From Candidatus Aminicenantes bacterium (lineage in GTDB: Bacteria > Acidobacteriota > Aminicenantia > Aminicenantales > Aminicenantaceae): a stretch of 64,000 nucleotides of DNA. The stretch is taken from positions 36,530 through 100,529 of the forward strand of contig JAWODN010000055.1 in NCBI GenBank assembly GCA_046483285.1, given 5' to 3'. Numbering within the stretch: the first letter of the stretch is position 1; the number at the start of each line of letters is the position of its first letter. A program made the translations under genes and the position numbers. The notes under the pieces are model-generated. The model searched no databases and was not told where the DNA came from. It saw only the letters and a list, made by a program, of their open reading frames with translations. This document shows, piece by piece, positions 1 through 7,400 of the stretch.

Positions 1-290
1 GAGGGAGTTTTCTGAAAGATTTCCGCAGCCATGGCCACCGGAATTTTTTCGATCAGCTCAGCCGCGTCTTCTGAATCGAGCTCAGCGATGACTTCGGCTG
101 TTTTTTGGGCATCATTTTCGAAAAGGATATGGACGAGGGTTAATCTTTCTCTGATCACCAGGTGATTGACCACGGCGGCGATATCCGAGGGGTGAAGTCT
201 CTTGATAAGATTCCAAAGACGGCTGCGGGCACCGATGTTGATAAACTTGCGGGCTGAATTGATGACGAGTCGAAGCGATTCTACTTTCAT
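1..290 (-). CDS. mgtE: Mg2+ transporter MgtE, N-terminal part (gene continues beyond window start)
   Basis: Reverse strand from ATG at 288-290 translates as MKVESLRLVINSARKFINIGARSRLWNLIKRLHPSDIAAVVNHLV...AELDSEDAAELIEKIPVAMAAEIFQ, which is typical of the MgtE_N domain. The frame stays open to the window edge. It is absent from the ORF track because it is partial. Confidence 0.5.
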   Translation of the reverse strand, partial: MKVESLRLVINSARKFINIGARSRLWNLIKRLHPSDIAAVVNHLVIRERLTLVHILFENDAQKTAEVIAELDSEDAAELIEKIPVAMAAEIFQKTP

Positions 291-338
291 GGCTGTTTCC
301 GCTTAAAATTTAACATAAATGAATTTCCGTGTAAAACA

Positions 339-521
339 GGTTAGCGGCGGGGGTCTTCCTCTTTATCCGGTATCAGGAAGAAATTCGGCAACAAAATCCC
401 GGCACAGCTTCCCCCTCCGTCCTTTTCCCCTCCGGGTGTGGGGGGGGGAGGCGCACAGCAGCCGGAAACCCAGGGCCATGAACGGCGTTAAAAGCCGGAG
501 GGGAGCCACAAGCCGCTAACC
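339..521 (-). promoter_or_regulatory. Candidate structured 5' leader (possibly M-box-like) upstream of mgtE
   Basis: On the mgtE strand, GGTTAGCGGC (complement of 512-521) pairs perfectly with GCCGCTAACC (complement of 339-348). This would enclose about 165 nt containing GGCUCC, GCUGCUG and a C9 tract. The element sits about 50 nt upstream of the mgtE ATG and overlaps the stop codon of the response-regulator gene. Confidence 0.25.
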
Positions 522-1877
522 GAGAAATTGAATTCCCAGGCGTTTGATATCGGATTCCAGCTCATTTGTGGTGATTTTTAAATCTGTTGCTGTTTTCGAC
601 AGGTCCCAATTGTTTTCAACCAGGGTTTTGTGAATATATTCCCGCTCAAAATTATCGCGGACTGATTTAAGGGAAGGTCCGGCATTGAAACCGGGAAGAA
701 ATTGGGATTCTCGGGGCTCAACAAGCAAATAGAGATGCGAGGTGTTGATCTCGGGTTCTTTGATCATGATGACGAACCGCTCGATGACATTACTGAGCTC
801 GCTGACATTGCCGGGCCAGGAATAATTAATAAAAGCTTGCATCGCTTCACTGGTCATCGTTTTTTGCTTTTTCCCTGATTCCATGGAGTAGAATTCAAGA
901 AAATATTCAATAAGAAGAGGAATGTCTTCTTTCCGTTCCCGGAGAGGGGGTATAGTGATGGGAATGACACTCAGTTTATAAAACAAATCCTGCCGGAAAG
1001 TTCCTTTTATGGTCATTTCACGTAGATTTTTACTGGTGGAGGCGATAACCCGGCAATCAGTCAGAATCGGTTTTTCCGATCCCCGGGGGGTGAATTCGCC
1101 TTCTTCAATAATCCGGACAAGTTTTGCCTGGGTTTTAGGACTCATTTCTCCGATTTCATCCAGAAAGAGAGTGCCTTTGTCAGCCAGAAGCAGTTTCCCT
1201 TTTTTATTTTTTGCAGCATAGGCCGAATCATTGACGGTGTATCCGAATAATTCATCTTCAAGCAAATCATCCGGAATAGCGGCGGCATTGATTTGGATGA
1301 AGCGTTTGTTTTTTCTTTGGCTTTTTTGATGGATGAGGCGTGAGACCAGTTCTTTTCCTGTGCCGTTTTCTCCCTGAATAAGCACACGGCCGTTGGTGGG
1401 GGCGGCGGTTTTGATTTGGGTTCTGATTTTTTTTATGGTGGGGCTTTGACCGATAAAATTAAGCCGGCTTCTCATTTTTTCCCGCAATAAAATATTTTCT
1501 TCTTCCAAGGTTTTTTGTTTGAGGGCGTTTTTGGCGGTTAAAACCACTTTTTCCAGGGAAAGCGGTTTTTCCAGGAAATTGAACGCCCCCATTTTAGTGG
1601 ATTTAACGGCCGCTTCCACCGAACCGTGTCCCGTGATCATCACCACCTGGACATTTTCTTCAACCTGCTTTATTTTCTCCAAGACATCGATTCCGTTCAT
1701 TTCCGGGAGCCAAATATCCAGAAAAACCAAATCAAAATTTTCACTTTCAATAAGATTGAGTCCGCTTTCCCCAGTTTCAGCGGTTTTAACCTCGTATCCT
1801 TCGTCTTCCAATATTCCTTTAAGCGAAAAGCGGATTCCGGATTCGTCGTCGATAACGAGTATCTTTTCTTTGCTCAT
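516..1877 (-). CDS. Sigma-54-dependent response regulator (NtrC/NtrX family): receiver, AAA+ and HTH domains
   Basis: N-terminal receiver domain (LVIDDE...DLVFLDIWLPEMNG). Walker A motif GENGTGKE, GAFTGA-like region and ESELFGY. C-terminal Fis-type HTH. Overlaps the upstream kinase gene by 4 nt. Confidence 0.8.
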   Translation of the reverse strand: MSKEKILVIDDESGIRFSLKGILEDEGYEVKTAETGESGLNLIESENFDLVFLDIWLPEMNGIDVLEKIKQVEENVQVVMITGHGSVEAAVKSTKMGAFNFLEKPLSLEKVVLTAKNALKQKTLEEENILLREKMRSRLNFIGQSPTIKKIRTQIKTAAPTNGRVLIQGENGTGKELVSRLIHQKSQRKNKRFIQINAAAIPDDLLEDELFGYTVNDSAYAAKNKKGKLLLADKGTLFLDEIGEMSPKTQAKLVRIIEEGEFTPRGSEKPILTDCRVIASTSKNLREMTIKGTFRQDLFYKLSVIPITIPPLRERKEDIPLLIEYFLEFYSMESGKKQKTMTSEAMQAFINYSWPGNVSELSNVIERFVIMIKEPEINTSHLYLLVEPRESQFLPGFNAGPSLKSVRDNFEREYIHKTLVENNWDLSKTATDLKITTNELESDIKRLGIQFLG

Positions 1878-4036
1878 ACCGGCACCTGAATGACGAAAGT
1901 CGCTCCCATGGGTTTGTGATCCTTGATTTCTATAATGCCGTTATGCTCGCTGATAACCTGGTTGACTATGGCTAAACCCAAACCGGTTCCTTTCTTTTTA
2001 GTTGAAAAATGGGGCAGAAAAAGTCTCTGCTTGTCTTTTTCCGGGACTCCGGGTCCCGTGTCTGATATTTCTATCCGCACATTTTCTTGCTGGGGGATAT
2101 ATTGAGTGCGGATGTTTACGGTTCCTTTTTTATTCATGGCGTCGATGGCGTTGTCGATGATATTTGTCAAAGCGCGGTGCATTTGCCCCGGGTCGCATTT
2201 GATGGTTTCAGGTAAAGTGGTGTCGAATTGAAGCTCGAATTTAATTTCTGAAAAGATCCCTTCAAAAGGAGTGATGGCTTGCTTGATAACCCGGTGAATG
2301 TCCGTCTGCTGGGGACGGATTTTAGGCATCCGGGCAAAATTGGAAAATTCATCTATGAGATTCTTGATGGTTCCGGCTTCCTGAATGATGGCCCGGGTTC
2401 CTTCTATCACTGCCGGATCAGGGTGGGAATTTTGATTGATTCGTTTATTGATCCGTTCTGCGGAAAGTTGAATAGGAGTGAGAGGATTTTTAATCTCATG
2501 GGCGACCCGCTGGGCGACTTCCTTCCAAGCCGCGATTTTCTGGGCTTTGATCAACTGGGTTAAGTTGTCAAGCACGACGATCAAACCGGACGGGTGTTTG
2601 CTGTTGGGCTGGAAAGGAGTGATGGTCATGGCCAGGGTATAACTGTGATGGTCGAATTGGATTTTGATTTCGCGGTCGGAAAGCGGGAAGCGGCTGTTCA
2701 AGGCTTTTTCAATATTATGGACTATTTCCTGATAGCGGGGCGCTTTGAGCACGTCCAGATAACTGCGATTCACGGGATTTATTTGATCCAATCCCAGCAT
2801 CTCTCTGGCAGTGGGGTTCATAGTGGTGACGATGTTCTGGGAGTTGATGGTGATGACACCCGTGGTGATGTTGTTCAATACGGTTTCAATATAATGTTTT
2901 CTGGCTTCCAATTCGGAGGTTTTTTGGTCGATATTTTGGCGGCTCTCTTGAAGGTCGGAAATCATCTGGTTGAAAGATTCAATGAGGAGACCCAATTCAT
3001 CCGAGGCCGGATCTTCAACCCTGACATTTAAATTTCCGCGTGAAACTTCCCTGGTTGCGTGGGCCAGCTTTTCAATAGGGACGGTGATGCTTTTTGCCAG
3101 GTGAAAACCAATCCAGCTGGCGGCGAAGACGATCAGCAGAGTGATGAAAGCGAGCGTCATCAGGTAAAATGTATTCACCGGGTTTTTTTGGATTTTCAGC
3201 TGCTGGTAGCGGTTGACATAGGCAGTGATATTGTTGATTTTTCGGGAATAATTCTGGGGAAGGAATTTACCGGAAACCACCAGAAGATTTCCTTTTTCCG
3301 GCAGGGAAAAGGAAATCCCCCGGCGGATCATCTCGCCGGTTCCCATGGAATCAGTTGTGCTGAAAACTTCACCCAAATGCGCTCTTTTAACATAATTCCG
3401 GTTCATATTCCGGTAGTATTGAAGGGGGAGGTCAGGATTCATCAGAGAAAAAAGTTCTTCCTCATCCAGAAATATGCTGATTTCATCCAGCTGGTATTCT
3501 TTAAGCTTGCCGCGGATAAAGTCAATTAATGGTCCTCTTTCATTGGGATCAGCCAGCTCTTGGGCTTGAATGGTCCGGCTCAGCTGGCGGGCGTAATGGA
3601 GAGTGATATCCTCGCTGTTTTTATAGAATCCGTCGGTAAGACTTTTGGTGTCGGCCAGAATTCTGTCTATAGGGGTCTTAAACCACTGTTCGATATTCCG
3701 GCTGATCAAATCACTGGCGAAGACATAGAGAAGAAGAGTGGGAATCAGGGAAAGGGAAATGAAAAACAGCAGGAGTTTGGTTTTGAACTTGGAACCCACC
3801 ACTTTGTGTTTTCTTTCCAAGTACAGTTTGACAAGGTTGCGGCCCAAAACGAAAAGAAGAATCAAAAACAGCAGCAACACAATAATCTGAAGGGAGGACA
3901 GCAGGATATTCATGACCGAAGTGGGGGAAATTTGGCGGGTTTGCCGGATGATGGATTCGATGGCGAAAAAAAGAACAATGAGTAAAAGAATTATGGTCCC
4001 GATAACCCGGGATCCTTTTTTCTTGGATTCGTTCAT
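1874..4036 (-). CDS. Sensor histidine kinase, NtrY-like (4 TM, HAMP, PAS, HisKA, HATPase)
   Basis: Four N-terminal hydrophobic segments. H-box HEIKNPLTPI. HATPase region with NIIDNAIDAM and GTGLGLAIV motifs. The 4-nt overlap with the regulator gene suggests translational coupling. Confidence 0.75.
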   Translation of the reverse strand: MNESKKKGSRVIGTIILLLIVLFFAIESIIRQTRQISPTSVMNILLSSLQIIVLLLFLILLFVLGRNLVKLYLERKHKVVGSKFKTKLLLFFISLSLIPTLLLYVFASDLISRNIEQWFKTPIDRILADTKSLTDGFYKNSEDITLHYARQLSRTIQAQELADPNERGPLIDFIRGKLKEYQLDEISIFLDEEELFSLMNPDLPLQYYRNMNRNYVKRAHLGEVFSTTDSMGTGEMIRRGISFSLPEKGNLLVVSGKFLPQNYSRKINNITAYVNRYQQLKIQKNPVNTFYLMTLAFITLLIVFAASWIGFHLAKSITVPIEKLAHATREVSRGNLNVRVEDPASDELGLLIESFNQMISDLQESRQNIDQKTSELEARKHYIETVLNNITTGVITINSQNIVTTMNPTAREMLGLDQINPVNRSYLDVLKAPRYQEIVHNIEKALNSRFPLSDREIKIQFDHHSYTLAMTITPFQPNSKHPSGLIVVLDNLTQLIKAQKIAAWKEVAQRVAHEIKNPLTPIQLSAERINKRINQNSHPDPAVIEGTRAIIQEAGTIKNLIDEFSNFARMPKIRPQQTDIHRVIKQAITPFEGIFSEIKFELQFDTTLPETIKCDPGQMHRALTNIIDNAIDAMNKKGTVNIRTQYIPQQENVRIEISDTGPGVPEKDKQRLFLPHFSTKKKGTGLGLAIVNQVISEHNGIIEIKDHKPMGATFVIQVPV

Positions 4037-4065
4037 GGTATCTGCATCTGTTTTATTAAATTCGC

Positions 4066-4115
4066 TTAGCCTGACCTATTCATAAAAAAACGGCCAGCCC
4101 GGCCCGTTCATCATC
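4066..4115 (-). repeat. Mosaic-repeat terminal piece (CCTGACCTATTCAT-A7 then CGGCCAGCCCGGCCCGTTCATCA), facing the kinase start
   Basis: Reverse complement of the T7-ATGAATAGGTCAGG motif seen before other start codons. Lies 30 nt upstream of the kinase ATG on the minus strand. Confidence 0.7.
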
Positions 4116-4147
4116 CAGGTTATCATTCAGACAAGTGAAATATGGGT

Positions 4148-4912
4148 TTATTTCCTGTTTTGTATAAAGTCCTTCCAGTTATCCGGGGTCATGCGGATGT
4201 TGTTGACTACTTCTCCGGATTTCCCCAGCCGCCTGCCCGGCTGGCCGTTTATGGAATAAACCATTCCGCCGGCATTACCCGTGTTGATAACCAAACGGCT
4301 GGAAGCAAAAACCGCCGTTTTTTTCCCAGCCGTCTGCAGTCCATCCAGAACCAGTTTGCCGTCGGCGTAAACACGGAGCCAGGTTAATTCTTCAAAAAGG
4401 ATATCCAGGTGAATGCGTTCCGTTTCAATCAGGGCCAGAAAATCAGGCGGATGGGGGGGCGGGATTGCTGTCCGTGAGAAAATGACAACGTGTTCATTTT
4501 CCCGGGGGATCAACCGGTCCTTGAAAATAAAAAAAACAATCAGAAACACAGCCAATACGAAAATGATCCAGGCGGCGGATTGAATGCGGCTGCGGTTTTT
4601 GGTGTCGTCTGCTTCGGAGGAATGTGAGTTTTCCTCCGTTTCTTCTTCCTCTTTTTTCCTGCGGAGGGTTTCGTAATAAATATTGAGAATTTTATCAGCT
4701 TCAAGGCCGATATAATCGGCGTAGGTCCGGATAATTCCTTTAGTGAAAAATTCCCCGGGAAGGAAATCCATCTGGTCATTTTCGAGAGCCCGCAGAAATC
4801 TCATGTTGATTTTGGTCGAATCCGCGATTTCTTTAAGTGAAATGCCTCTCAATTCGCGCTCTCTTTTGAGTTCTTGCCCTGCTGTCGCCATCACGCTGGA
4901 ATTGTAAGTCAA
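4148..4912 (-). CDS. rodZ: RodZ-like cytoskeleton protein (XRE-type HTH, single TM, C-terminal domain)
   Basis: HTH LRGISLKEIADSTKINMRFLRALEND. Basic, glutamate-rich linker. TM segment WIIFVLAVFLIVFFIF. C-terminal beta-rich domain. Confidence 0.55.
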   Translation of the reverse strand: MTYNSSVMATAGQELKRERELRGISLKEIADSTKINMRFLRALENDQMDFLPGEFFTKGIIRTYADYIGLEADKILNIYYETLRRKKEEEETEENSHSSEADDTKNRSRIQSAAWIIFVLAVFLIVFFIFKDRLIPRENEHVVIFSRTAIPPPHPPDFLALIETERIHLDILFEELTWLRVYADGKLVLDGLQTAGKKTAVFASSRLVINTGNAGGMVYSINGQPGRRLGKSGEVVNNIRMTPDNWKDFIQNRK

Positions 4913-4978
4913 GTCCCCAATGTTGTCAATTGCGCCCCGGAAGTGAAAGCATCTCTGATGCCGTGAAACAAAAAGGCT

Positions 4979-5872
4979 TCAGGTCTTCAGAAATTTTGAT
5001 AAAGAGGAAAGGCTTCCCAAAAATCCTATCCCGCCCCCCACCAGTAAAATCAAGCAGGCTTGAACGAGCGTCAGATGGCGGAATTTAATGAATTCGGAAA
5101 GGGCGCCGAGAGAAGTGCCCAGGTAAACCGGAAATATTTGGATCAACAGAAAAAGGGCCAACAAGGATAATATGCCTCCCAATGCCCCTATCATTATCCC
5201 TTCCATCAAAAAGGGCACCCGGATGAACATGTTGGATGCGCCGGTCAAACGGAGAATCTCGATTTCATCTTTCCGGGCTAAGACGTTCAGCCTGATGACA
5301 TTGGAAATGATAAAAAAAGAAGCCATAACCAATATGCCCCCTAGAAACAAACCTACGGCGCGGGTCAGCTTTCCGAAAGATTGAACTTTTTCCACCCAGT
5401 CGCGATGAAATTGCACCTCATCTATACCTGGAAAAGACTGAAGATGGCGCAGAAAGCCTAATGTGGATTCCGCACCGATGAATTCATCTTTAATAACGGC
5501 TTCAAAAGCAGGAGGAAAGGGATTGTCTTCCAGACTGTCAATGATATCTTGAAGTTCCGGAAATTTTTCCTTGAATTGATTCATGGCCTGGGTTTTACCG
5601 ATGAAACGGACGGTTTCTATTTTTTCGCTGTTTTCCAAGAGGGTGCGGATCGAATTGATTTCCTCCCGGGAAGAGTCCTGTTTCAAAAAAATAACCGCCG
5701 CCATGTCTTGTGACACCTGTTCCGCCAGATATTGAAAATTATTGGAAAGAGATAAAAAAACACCCAGAATGAGAAAGGACAGGGAAATGATGGTGATGGA
5801 AAATATATTCCTGACCCTGAATTGCCAAATGTTATTCAGGGTTTCTCTGATAAAGTATTTTAAAAATTGAAT
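4979..5872 (-). CDS. ftsX: Cell division permease FtsX, with the start extended upstream of the ORF-track start
   Basis: C-terminal FtsX TM bundle. The same frame stays open upstream of 5716 as far as a TAA at 5906-5908. That stretch encodes the canonical FtsX N-terminus ([39 protein letters not shown]). There is no in-frame ATG, GTG or TTG in it, so the start is non-canonical or the region carries a sequencing error. Confidence 0.65.
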   Translation of the reverse strand: MQFLKYFIRETLNNIWQFRVRNIFSITIISLSFLILGVFLSLSNNFQYLAEQVSQDMAAVIFLKQDSSREEINSIRTLLENSEKIETVRFIGKTQAMNQFKEKFPELQDIIDSLEDNPFPPAFEAVIKDEFIGAESTLGFLRHLQSFPGIDEVQFHRDWVEKVQSFGKLTRAVGLFLGGILVMASFFIISNVIRLNVLARKDEIEILRLTGASNMFIRVPFLMEGIMIGALGGILSLLALFLLIQIFPVYLGTSLGALSEFIKFRHLTLVQACLILLVGGGIGFLGSLSSLSKFLKT

Positions 5873-5874
5873 GA

Positions 5875-6585
5875 TCAGAGTATTTCCTTTCTCAGAAGTT
5901 TGCCTTTATACAAAAACAGAATTTTTTCCCCGAAATTCCTGATCAGTTCCCGGTCGTGGGTGCATATAACCACCGTCGCGCCGTTCCGGTTGATTTCTTT
6001 GAACAGGCTCATGATTTCGAAAGCCAATTCCGTATCCAGGTTGCCGGTTGGTTCATCAGCCAGGATGATTTTGGGGTGGTTGACCACGGCCCGGGCTATG
6101 GCCACACGCTGCTGTTCGCCATAGGAGAGCTGAAACGGATAGTCCCACATTTTGTGCTGCAAATTGACCATCCGCAGCGCATTGAACACCCGCCTGCGGA
6201 TTTCTTTTCGGGGGATTCCTAAAATCTGCAGCACCACCGCCACGTTTTCAAAGACTTTTTTATGGAAAATCAGCCGAAAATCCTGGAACACGATTCCAAT
6301 AATTCTCCGCAAGGCATAAATTTTATAATCCGGAATGCGGAGAATGTTTCTCTGGTCTATGATGATTTGTCCCTGGGTCGGCAGGAGCTGCCGGAAAAGA
6401 ATTTTCAAGAGGGTGGTTTTTCCGGAGCCGCTGGGTCCGGTGACGAAACAAAAGTCGCCTTTTTCAATTTTAAAGGTCACATCGGATAAAGCCCATTTGG
6501 GTTTTTGGTACTGTTTCCACAGATGATAGACTTCAATCATTATTCTCTTGCCTGGCTTCTGTTTCCTTTCAGCAGGAATTTTCAT
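5875..6585 (-). CDS. ftsE: Cell division ATP-binding protein FtsE
   Basis: Walker [13 protein letters not shown] signature [14 protein letters not shown], Walker [12 protein letters not shown]. Abuts ftsX. Confidence 0.85.
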   Translation of the reverse strand: MKIPAERKQKPGKRIMIEVYHLWKQYQKPKWALSDVTFKIEKGDFCFVTGPSGSGKTTLLKILFRQLLPTQGQIIIDQRNILRIPDYKIYALRRIIGIVFQDFRLIFHKKVFENVAVVLQILGIPRKEIRRRVFNALRMVNLQHKMWDYPFQLSYGEQQRVAIARAVVNHPKIILADEPTGNLDTELAFEIMSLFKEINRNGATVVICTHDRELIRNFGEKILFLYKGKLLRKEIL

Positions 6586-6680
6586 TATAGCTTTCCAAAG
6601 CTCTCATGAAAAGCCTGATGGCATATCTTTCTTTTTCCAGCCTTGCTTTTGCCTGAGGTTTTTATTATTATGCAGGTGCT

Positions 6681-7049
6681 ATGAACATGAAAGCGGTTTC
6701 CGCAGTGGCGGCGGGTTGGTTTGTCCCCGGTTTGGGACACATTTTGGCTGGAAAATATAAGCGAGCCGCGGTCTTTTTTTTGTGCATCACAGCGATGGCG
6801 GCTATGGGGCTATATATGGGGGGGAAAATCTATTCTTTTCAAACCGAGAATCCCTTAACCATGCTTGCTTTTTTTGCCGACCTCGGATACGGAATTCTTT
6901 ACTTTTTTTCAAAGCTAATGTCTTTCGGAGCCGGACAGTTGGATAAAACCACCTTTGAATTCGGCACCACTTATATCGCAGGAGCCGGGCTTCTCAATTA
7001 TCTGGTCGCATTAGATGCTTTTGATATCATCGCCGGGAAAAAACCATGA
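6681..7049 (+). CDS. Small polytopic membrane protein, hypothetical
   Basis: 122 aa with three or four hydrophobic helices (GWFVPGLGHILAGKYKRAAVFFLCITAMAAMGLY...). Confidence 0.45.
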   Translation: MNMKAVSAVAAGWFVPGLGHILAGKYKRAAVFFLCITAMAAMGLYMGGKIYSFQTENPLTMLAFFADLGYGILYFFSKLMSFGAGQLDKTTFEFGTTYIAGAGLLNYLVALDAFDIIAGKKP

Positions 7050-7222
7050 TTTTTCAAAGTCATCTTTTCACTATGATCCTCTATGCCGCTTTAGTTTCCA
7101 TTGTCCTGGCTCTGATCCGGAGAAACGGGAAAAGAGAAAGGATACGCTACGCCGTTTTTCTGTTCCTTATTATGACCGCAGGCGCTATACTATTCGGTTG
7201 GTTTATGTATTTGTTTATTTAA
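7046..7222 (+). CDS. Unlisted 58-aa two-TM membrane protein, start-stop coupled (ATGA) to the preceding ORF
   Basis: The ATG at 7046 overlaps the TGA of the upstream ORF. It translates as MIFQSHLFTMILYAALVSIVLALIRRNGKRERIRYAVFLFLIMTAGAILFGWFMYLFI. It is below the ORF-track size cutoff. Confidence 0.35.
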   Translation: MIFQSHLFTMILYAALVSIVLALIRRNGKRERIRYAVFLFLIMTAGAILFGWFMYLFI

Positions 7223-7258
7223 CCTGAACGATGACAATCACTTCTGAACGGCAGTTAT

Positions 7259-7312
7259 GGATGAGGGAGGAAGGCGGCCTGTCACGGGATGTCTCCCGTC
7301 CCTCCTTCTTTC
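7259..7312 (+). terminator. GC-rich dyad (GAGGGAGGAAGG...CCGTCCCTCCTTCTTTC), terminator-like, containing a G-module-like sequence
   Basis: Inverted repeat GGGAGG/CCTCCC around an inner ACGGGA/TCCCGT hairpin, followed by a T-rich run. Lies downstream of the small membrane gene and upstream of the GDH -10 TATAAT at about 7336. Confidence 0.3.
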
Positions 7313-7400
7313 ACTCATCCCCCTGGGGGCTCTTTCGCATTATAATAATATTTTTTAATATCCAGGCTTTCATCCGCCTGGGAAAAAAAAGGAGAACGCA

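Noticed and set aside
319-519. 66-aa ORF in the mgtE/response-regulator intergenic region
   Set aside because: G/C-tract-rich sequence with no RBS. It overlaps the putative structured leader on the opposite strand.
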